Virus record (IMG/VR): IMGVR_UViG_2713896773_000007
Location: 1 to 4,349 of that record
Source: a virus
Lineage: Duplodnaviria > Heunggongvirae > Uroviricota > Caudoviricetes
Direction: 5' to 3' (one strand)
DNA: 4,349 nt
Shown here: piece by piece, positions 1 to 4,349 of the stretch
Layout of the letters: every line of letters starts with the position of its first letter
How positions within the stretch are numbered: the stretch's first letter is position 1
Notes under the pieces: generated by a model
Database searches by the model: none
Told to the model about the DNA's origin: nothing
The model's input: only the letters and a program-made list of their open reading frames with translations
Translations under genes and position numbers: made by a program

Positions 1-26
1 AGCCTCGCATACGCGGGGCTTTTTTA
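1..26 (+). terminator. Putative rho-independent terminator (possibly truncated at the window edge)
   Basis: Stem 1-8 (agcctcgc) pairs with 13-20 (gcggggct), 8 bp with one G-U wobble, loop atac; followed by T-run 20-25. Probably ends the upstream gene (not in window). Confidence 0.45.
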
Positions 27-55
27 TATCTGTAGCCGAGAGGCAGGAGAACGTT

Positions 56-313
56 ATGGAAATGACTGTAGGATTCCCTGAAATGGGTTCGCGATTTGAA
101 TCTGTAAGCTTCGATCCAGATTTAGAAATTAAAATGATAAAGACTGTCAGAACCAAAATTACAGTTTGCAAGCTTGAGCAAATCAATGCGCCTCATGAAC
201 TGGTGTTTATCTATCAGGAGGATTTCAATCCAGGCAGCTCTTTTGCCGAAGTCGAAGCACGCGCCAAAGAATATGCCAGTAAGGCAATTGCCGGATTGAA
301 AACCCCGGCTTAA
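56..313 (+). CDS. Hypothetical small protein, 85 aa, no recognisable family; cargo (moron-like)
   Basis: ORF with strong RBS AGGAGA at 45-50, 5 nt before ATG 56. Clearly more AT-rich than the tail genes (runs such as gatttagaaattaaaatgataaag). No hydrophobic segment long enough for a transmembrane helix. Overlapping minus-strand ORF 122-388 has no comparable RBS. Confidence 0.6.
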   Translation: MEMTVGFPEMGSRFESVSFDPDLEIKMIKTVRTKITVCKLEQINAPHELVFIYQEDFNPGSSFAEVEARAKEYASKAIAGLKTPA

Positions 314-319
314 CCGGGG
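303..319 (-). terminator. Putative terminator for the minus-strand small gene
   Basis: Hairpin ccccgg (303-308) / ccgggg (314-319), loop cttaa. Read on the minus strand it is followed by TTTTC; on the plus strand it is followed by caaagc, so it is polar toward the minus strand. It overlaps the last codons of the + ORF 56-313. Confidence 0.4.
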
Positions 320-326
320 CAAAGCA

Positions 327-557
327 TTATTTGATGCGATGGTAGATGTTATCAGCCCTGGCGTACAATTTGGATACCGCCTCGGCACGACCTTGCTCTT
401 GCATCGTCATTTTTGATGTATCTCCACCGTAGGCCTTCGTCATATACTCAGTAACGCGCTTGCGAAAAGCTCCAGCATCACCTGATTCGACAGTGGCAAC
501 AGCTAATAAAAACGCTAAGGCTTCATCCTGCTGGTCTTCTTTGTTAAAGCTCATCAT
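327..557 (-). CDS. Hypothetical small acidic protein, 76 aa (75 aa if the second ATG is used), unknown function
   Basis: Minus-strand ORF. Reverse complement of 552-564 reads GGAG-TTT-ATG-ATG; the second ATG (554-552) has ideal 6-nt spacing from GGAG. No + strand ORF covers this interval. Translation looks like a compact helical protein. No family recognised. Confidence 0.6.
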   Translation of the reverse strand: MMSFNKEDQQDEALAFLLAVATVESGDAGAFRKRVTEYMTKAYGGDTSKMTMQEQGRAEAVSKLYARADNIYHRIK

Positions 558-685
558 AAACTCCTGTTATACCGAGGCCATCAGCCGCACCGTCGGCAAT
601 TAATGCGCCAGTGCCCACCACTGGCGGGCTGAATCCACAACATAACCAGGTATTTTGATTTGTAACATCCTGATATTCAGACAGT

Positions 686-710
686 AGCCACCTTCGGGTG
701 GCTTTTTTTA
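686..710 (+). terminator. Rho-independent terminator immediately upstream of gene M
   Basis: Stem agccacc (686-692) / ggtggct (697-703) with loop ttcg (UUCG tetraloop), then T7 (703-709) and A. Followed by GGAG 712-715 and ATG 721. Confidence 0.6.
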
Positions 711-720
711 TGGAGCAAAT

Positions 721-1071
721 ATGGCAGTTGAAACATACAGCTGGCGCTCGCAGCTCGGTGCTGGGGCGATTGAATATAGTCAAACGGTGCGCGCTGCGCA
801 GTTCGGTGATGGCTATGAGCAGGTTGCTGATAATGGCATTAACTCTACTGCTATTCAGGTGCCAATGAAGCATACCGGCACCGAAGCGGAGGTGAACAGT
901 ATTCGTGATTTCCTCCTAGCTCATACCGTTAAAGCTTTTATCATCACGCCGCCCGGCGAAGCGAAGGGGCTTTATCGGGTAGTCGCCGATTCCGTTCGTA
1001 AAACGCAGATCAGCAGCAAAGTTGCTGAGTTGACGTTCACCATCAAACGGGCTTACGGAGTGTACGCATAA
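721..1071 (+). CDS. M: Minor tail protein M (lambda gpM-like tail-tip assembly protein)
   Basis: 116-aa ORF. RBS GGAG 5 nt upstream. Contains FGDGYEQ, matching the FGDGY segment I recall in lambda gpM; size similar to lambda gpM (109 aa). Stop TAA overlaps the L start (ATAATG), the same tight coupling as lambda M-L. Confidence 0.8.
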   Translation: MAVETYSWRSQLGAGAIEYSQTVRAAQFGDGYEQVADNGINSTAIQVPMKHTGTEAEVNSIRDFLLAHTVKAFIITPPGEAKGLYRVVADSVRKTQISSKVAELTFTIKRAYGVYA

Positions 1072-1841
1072 TGGCATTAGTCGATCAGGCGGCGATGCTG
1101 GCACCGGGTGGCAGGGTACGCCTGGTTGAAGTTGACGCCTCAGAGTTCAGTGGCGGAATCCACCGATTCCACTACGCACCTTTCCCCCATACGCCGGAAG
1201 AAATTGATGCTGCCAATGGAGATGAAGAAAAGCTTGGACCCAAGCCAATTGTCTTCGGTGGCAATATCTACGATTTTTGGCCGTTTCAGGTTTCAGGCCT
1301 GGAGCTATCAACAGACCAGGCGGCAGAGCCGTCTCTTAGCGTTTCCAACCTCGACGGTCATATCACTGCGCTGTGCCTGCAATTTAAGGACATGGTTAAC
1401 GCAAAAGTGAGCATTATCGACACCTATTCGGTTTACCTCGATGCCGTGAATTACCCTGGTGGGGTGAACCCGACCGCCGACCCGTCGATGTTCACGCTTC
1501 AGACTTTCTGGCTTGACACGAAAACCTCCGAAGACGACGAAGTGGTTTCATGGTCACTCAGTAGCCCCGCTGACTTGCAGGGGCTTGTTATCCCAACCAG
1601 ACAAATCACCTCGCTCTGCGAATGGGCGCTACGCGGGCAGTACCGGAGCGGCGATGGATGCACCTATAACGGTACGGCATATTTCGACGCGAAGGGTAAC
1701 GCGGTGGCTGATCCGCCGCTGGATGCGTGTGGGGGCTGCCTCAGTGATTGCCGTAAACGGTTCGGCGCTGGCCTAGCGGAGCCGAACGCGGCCATCCTCG
1801 ACTACGGTGGATTTCCTGCTACCACTTTACTGAGCAGGTAA
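1071..1841 (+). CDS. L: Minor tail protein L (lambda gpL-like, Fe-S cluster-binding tail-tip protein)
   Basis: 256-aa ORF. Segments LSVSNLDGHITA, YSVYLDAVN and C-terminal C-x22-C-x2-C-x3-C (Cys197, 220, 223, 227; CGGCLSDC) parallel lambda gpL (TLTVSNLYG, YARFLDAVN, CSKCLSGC) as I recall it. GC-rich codon usage typical of the tail module. Confidence 0.88.
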   Translation: MALVDQAAMLAPGGRVRLVEVDASEFSGGIHRFHYAPFPHTPEEIDAANGDEEKLGPKPIVFGGNIYDFWPFQVSGLELSTDQAAEPSLSVSNLDGHITALCLQFKDMVNAKVSIIDTYSVYLDAVNYPGGVNPTADPSMFTLQTFWLDTKTSEDDEVVSWSLSSPADLQGLVIPTRQITSLCEWALRGQYRSGDGCTYNGTAYFDAKGNAVADPPLDACGGCLSDCRKRFGAGLAEPNAAILDYGGFPATTLLSR

Positions 1842-1842
1842 T

Positions 1843-1848
1843 TATAAT
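1843..1848 (+). promoter_or_regulatory. Candidate sigma70 -10 hexamer (perfect TATAAT) for the L-K cargo gene
   Basis: TATAAT at 1843-1848, directly after the L stop and about 93 nt upstream of ATG 1941. No good -35 (best 17-nt-spaced hexamer is taccac) and no TG extension, so strength is uncertain. Confidence 0.3.
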
Positions 1849-1863
1849 CTGTCAGCGCGGCTA

Positions 1864-1875
1864 GACTGGCCAGTC
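1864..1875. repeat. 12-bp perfect palindrome gactggccagtc in the cargo-gene leader, flanked by inverted repeat gcgcggc (1855-1861) / gccgcgc (1901-1907)
   Basis: Read directly from the sequence. Sits between the candidate -10 and the RBS of the 1941-2690 gene. Confidence 0.5.
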
Positions 1876-1940
1876 GAAGAGAGTGAACGTAGACACTCCT
1901 GCCGCGCACCATCATCTACGCAACCTGCTACGAGGTTTAT

Positions 1941-2690
1941 ATGTCACGCATTACTATTTTTCCGGGTGAAAAGTACGGCTATCTTACAATTATTAAAGAA
2001 ACCAAAGCCCCTAGCCATATAAAAACAAAAGGTCTCAGATACTTTTTGTGCTCTTGTGAATGTGGTGTTGTTAAGAGCATTTCCATGGGGTCACTCCGTA
2101 GTGGCGCTGTTGTTTCTTGCGGCTGTTATCATAAGAAAAAAATAACAAAACTGCATAATGGCAAGCCAATCACAGCTTATTCAGGATATTCGTCTTGGAC
2201 ATCTATGCTTGATCGCTGTCGAAATCCTGCTTGCAAGGACTTTCCCCACTATGGCGGGCGGGGTATAACAGTCTGCGATGAATGGAGCAACCCCGTGAAT
2301 TTTGCTCATGACATGGGTGAGAAGCCTAAAGGGTTCTCAATTGAACGCATAGATAACAATAAAGGCTATTCTCCAGACAATTGTCGATGGGCAAATGCTA
2401 CAGAGCAAGGTCGCAACAAGCGCAATAATCATAAAGTTGTCGTGAGCGGAGAGTCGGTAACTATGAGCGCAGCATGGCAAACAAATGGCATGAAAGAGTC
2501 AACTTTTTACAACAGACTAAACGCCGGTATGAATGCCGAAGATGCGTTAGCGAAACCTGTACGAAACCGAATCCCTTACGTAATTTTGAATGGCGAAAAA
2601 ATGCAACTTAAAGAGGCCGCGTTACGGACTGGCATTAGCAAATACATTCTCAGGAAAAAGGTTAGGCCCGACCTCTCCATAACCATCTAG
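1941..2690 (+). CDS. Cargo gene between L and K: Cys-rich HNH/AP2-like putative DNA-binding or homing-endonuclease-related protein, 249 aa
   Basis: RBS GAGG 1932-1935, 5 nt before ATG. Markedly AT-richer than flanking tail genes. N-terminal Cys cluster CSCECG...SCGC (C37, C39, C41, C60, C62). Central W-x3-M-x2-RC...YGGRGI-x-VCDEW and SIERIDNNKGYSPDNCRWA-x-ATEQ resemble a phage protein family usually annotated HNH endonuclease or AP2-domain (recalled, not searched); the canonical HNH His-His is replaced by E-R. C-terminus KEAALRTGISKYILRKK looks like a helix-turn-helix. Own terminator downstream. Confidence 0.75.
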   Translation: MSRITIFPGEKYGYLTIIKETKAPSHIKTKGLRYFLCSCECGVVKSISMGSLRSGAVVSCGCYHKKKITKLHNGKPITAYSGYSSWTSMLDRCRNPACKDFPHYGGRGITVCDEWSNPVNFAHDMGEKPKGFSIERIDNNKGYSPDNCRWANATEQGRNKRNNHKVVVSGESVTMSAAWQTNGMKESTFYNRLNAGMNAEDALAKPVRNRIPYVILNGEKMQLKEAALRTGISKYILRKKVRPDLSITI

Positions 2691-2696
2691 ATAACC

Positions 2697-2721
2697 AAAC
2701 CCGCTTCGGCGGGTTTTTTTA
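2697..2721 (+). terminator. Rho-independent terminator after the cargo gene, upstream of K
   Basis: Stem aaacccgc (2697-2704) / gcgggttt (2709-2716), loop ttcg (UUCG), T7 at 2714-2720, then A. K ATG follows 12 nt after the T-run. Confidence 0.65.
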
Positions 2722-2732
2722 CGGACGTACCA

Positions 2733-3464
2733 ATGAATAAAACCATAATGGCAGCTATCCGGGCGCATGCACTGGAGGAATCCCCGCGTGAGTGCTGTGG
2801 CTTCGTTATTCAGTCTGGCCGTCGCCAGCGCTACATTCCCGTGCCGAATACGCACGAAAATCCGACAGAACATTTTCGCATCGACGGCGAGCACTGGGCT
2901 AACGCCGAAGATATCGGGACGATTATTCGCGTCATCCACTCCCACCCGGGCGACGGTGCCCGGCCTATTCCGTCAGATCTGGACCGCCAGCAGTGCAACA
3001 ACTCCGGCTTGGTATGGGGTATTTACGCTCCGGACAGCGATGAATACGCCGAGATAATGCCGGAGGCGGTGCCGCTTATTGGGCGTCCGTTTATCCTGGG
3101 CTCGAATGACTGCTGGGGGCTGATTATGGACTGGCACGCCATTCAGGGCGTCACGCTGAACGATTTTCGCGTCGATTACCCGTGGTGGGAAAGCCAGTAC
3201 CCGGACAACCTCTATTTTGATAACTGGGAACGGGAAGGATTCGTCGAGTGCGATCCGGCACCAGGCTGCATGGTCATCATGCAGGTTGATTCGGATAAGT
3301 GGAACCATGCGGGCATCATCACTGAAGAAGGCGAACTGCTGCACCATCTTTACGGCCAGCCCTCGTGTGTCACGCCTTATGCCCGTGGCTATTTCAAAGA
3401 CCGCACGATGATCTGCGTTCGTCACAAATACCTGCCGCAGGAGATAAAGCCATGGCGCGTTTAA
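2733..3464 (+). CDS. K: Tail assembly protein K (lambda gpK-like; N-terminal JAMM/MPN domain plus C-terminal NlpC/P60 domain)
   Basis: 243-aa ORF. JAMM-like motif HSHPGDGARPIPSDLD (H69, H71, S81, D82) with upstream Glu residues. NlpC/P60-like Cys127 in GSNDCWGL and His192 in WNHAGII, with H204/H205 as possible third residue. This two-domain architecture is established for lambda gpK. 3-prime end overlaps I by 13 nt. Confidence 0.88.
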   Translation: MNKTIMAAIRAHALEESPRECCGFVIQSGRRQRYIPVPNTHENPTEHFRIDGEHWANAEDIGTIIRVIHSHPGDGARPIPSDLDRQQCNNSGLVWGIYAPDSDEYAEIMPEAVPLIGRPFILGSNDCWGLIMDWHAIQGVTLNDFRVDYPWWESQYPDNLYFDNWEREGFVECDPAPGCMVIMQVDSDKWNHAGIITEEGELLHHLYGQPSCVTPYARGYFKDRTMICVRHKYLPQEIKPWRV

Positions 3465-4045
3465 CCACCATTCGTCTGTATGGCGCACTGGGCGCCCGCT
3501 TCGGGCGTGTGCATAAACTGGCAGTGCAGACATCTGCCGAAGCGGTCAAAGCCCTGTGTATCAACTTCGACGGGCTGGAAGATTATCTGATGAATGCCAA
3601 AAAAAATGGCATGATCTTCGCGGTGTTTCGCGGAAAAAGGAATATCGGCACTCAGGACTTCCAGGAGCTGGCAGGAGACAGTGATATCCGCATTGCGCCG
3701 ATTATGGAAGGTTCGAAAAAAGCCGGAGTATTTCAGACCATCCTGGGCGCTGTGATGGTGGTGGCTGGTATCGCAATTTCTTACTTTAGCTCCGGTACTT
3801 TGGCTACGTTTGGCACAGGCCTTGCGATGTCGGGCGCGTCAATGATGGCAGGCGGCATTTACCAGATGCTATCACCTCAGCCCAAAGGGTTACAGGGGCG
3901 AGACGACCCTGACAATAAACCCTCTTATGCCTTTGGTGGCTCGGTGAATACCCTTGCGATGGGAAGCCCGGTCGCGCTTCTCTATGGCGTCCGTGAGATT
4001 GGCGGCGCCATCATCAGTGCAGGCATAGTCGCTGAAGACATCTGA
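3452..4045 (+). CDS. I: Tail assembly protein I (lambda gpI-like)
   Basis: In-frame ORF opens at 3365, but the real start is taken as ATG 3452 (MARLTTIRLYGALGARFGR...), which has RBS AGGAGA (3439-3444) 7 nt upstream and matches the lambda gpI N-terminus as I recall it (...ICLYGDLQRFGR...). Gly/Ala-rich hydrophobic stretch near the C-terminus, as in gpI. 197 aa. Confidence 0.82.
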   Translation: MARLTTIRLYGALGARFGRVHKLAVQTSAEAVKALCINFDGLEDYLMNAKKNGMIFAVFRGKRNIGTQDFQELAGDSDIRIAPIMEGSKKAGVFQTILGAVMVVAGIAISYFSSGTLATFGTGLAMSGASMMAGGIYQMLSPQPKGLQGRDDPDNKPSYAFGGSVNTLAMGSPVALLYGVREIGGAIISAGIVAEDI

Positions 4046-4065
4046 AAACTCCTTTCTGAATATCA

Positions 4066-4090
4066 AGCACCCAATTGGGTGCTTTTTTTA
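4066..4090 (+). terminator. Hairpin/T7 terminator-like element between I and J
   Basis: Stem agcaccc (4066-4072) / gggtgct (4077-4083), loop aatt, T7 at 4083-4089, then A. Followed by tggatgtaatATG; almost identical in layout and sequence to the element upstream of M. Confidence 0.55.
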
Positions 4091-4100
4091 TGGATGTAAT

Positions 4101-4349
4101 ATGGAAGCGATCACTGGTGCAAAGGGTGGCAGCCAGAAGCAGCACACACCTGTAGAACAGCCCGATTCGGCGCAGTCAATGGCGCGCTGCCGCATGCTGC
4201 TGGCGCTCGGGGAGGGGGAGTTTGCTGGTGGCCTGGATGCGACCCGGATATTCCTGGACGGTACGCCGTTGGGAAACCCCGACGGAACGATGAATTTTGA
4301 AAATGTGTCATGGGATTTCCGGCCTGGCACACAGACCCAGACACCAATA
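4101..4349 (+). CDS. J: Tail tip / host-specificity protein J (lambda gpJ-like), 5-prime fragment; continues beyond the window
   Basis: Open frame from ATG 4101 to the window end (83 codons, no stop). N-terminus MEAITGAKGGSQKQHTP...FRPGTQTQTP parallels lambda gpJ (MGKGSSKGHTPRE...FRAGEQEQTP) as I recall it. The ATG at 4090 is in another frame and hits a stop after about 21 codons. Confidence 0.85.
   Translation, partial: MEAITGAKGGSQKQHTPVEQPDSAQSMARCRMLLALGEGEFAGGLDATRIFLDGTPLGNPDGTMNFENVSWDFRPGTQTQTPI

Noticed and set aside
122-388. Minus-strand ORF (88 aa) overlapping the 56-313 gene
   Set aside because: No Shine-Dalgarno at its start, and it would run through the hairpin at 303-319. The + strand ORF has a strong RBS, so this is treated as a shadow ORF.
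544-873. Minus-strand ORF (109 aa) spanning the M upstream region and M 5-prime end
   Set aside because: It crosses the terminator hairpin and overlaps the well-supported M gene antisense. Typical spurious ORF in GC-rich coding DNA.
916-1104. Minus-strand ORF (62 aa) antisense to the M/L junction
   Set aside because: Antisense to two recognisable tail genes, with no RBS and no distinctive features.
1108-1410. + strand ORF (100 aa) in an alternative frame inside L
   Set aside because: Lies entirely within the L gene in another frame. The L frame carries the recognisable gpL motifs; this one does not.
1513-1776. + strand ORF (87 aa) in an alternative frame inside L
   Set aside because: Out-of-frame overlap with L; Arg/Ala-rich translation typical of off-frame reading of GC-rich DNA.
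2622-2945. Minus-strand ORF (107 aa) spanning the cargo-gene terminator and K start
   Set aside because: Crosses the terminator and is antisense to K; no RBS evident.
2767-3057. + strand ORF (96 aa) in an alternative frame inside K
   Set aside because: Embedded out of frame in K; the K frame carries the JAMM and NlpC/P60 motifs.
3217-3411. + strand ORF (64 aa) in an alternative frame inside K
   Set aside because: Out-of-frame overlap with K; no RBS or motifs.
3365-3451. N-terminal extension of the I reading frame (MCHALCPW...)
   Set aside because: This part of the open frame overlaps the K C-terminus and has no RBS. The ATG at 3452 has a strong AGGAGA 7 nt upstream and begins the gpI-like sequence.
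2973-3533. Minus-strand ORF (186 aa) antisense to K and I
   Set aside because: Long antisense ORFs are common in GC-rich genes. It has no recognisable motifs and would overlap two conserved tail genes.
4090-4155. ATG at 4090 as an alternative J start
   Set aside because: It is in a different frame and terminates after about 21 codons. The ATG at 4101 gives the continuous gpJ-like frame.
4088-4347. Two minus-strand ORFs (80 and 78 aa) antisense to the J 5-prime end
   Set aside because: Antisense to the recognisable J N-terminus; Pro/Ser/Ala-rich low-complexity translations typical of spurious frames.
1-4349. Searched for CRISPR repeats, tRNA/rRNA genes, and integrase or transposase signatures
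   Set aside because: No regularly spaced direct repeats, no tRNA-like cloverleaf candidates, and no ORF with recombinase or transposase motifs. The cargo islands look like morons or a free-standing homing-type gene rather than insertion sequences; no terminal inverted repeats flank them.

Overview
This window reads as the tail-tip assembly module of a lambda-like siphovirus or prophage, all on the + strand: homologues of lambda M, L, K, I and the first 83 codons of J (window ends inside J). Two AT-poorer cargo islands interrupt the GC-rich tail genes. Island 1 (1-720) is a convergent pair of small unknown genes (85 aa +, 76 aa -) bracketed by hairpin/T-tract terminators. Island 2 (1842-2732), between L and K, is a 249-aa Cys-rich gene with a degenerate HNH/AP2-like motif and a C-terminal helix-turn-helix-like tail, with its own perfect TATAAT, RBS and terminator; it is the best candidate for an undescribed accessory function. 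The tail operon is also punctuated by near-identical hairpin-T7 modules 11-12 nt upstream of the M, K and J start codons. All protein assignments rest on motifs recognised by eye and recalled lambda sequences; no database search was run. No tRNA, rRNA, CRISPR array, integrase or transposase signature was seen.
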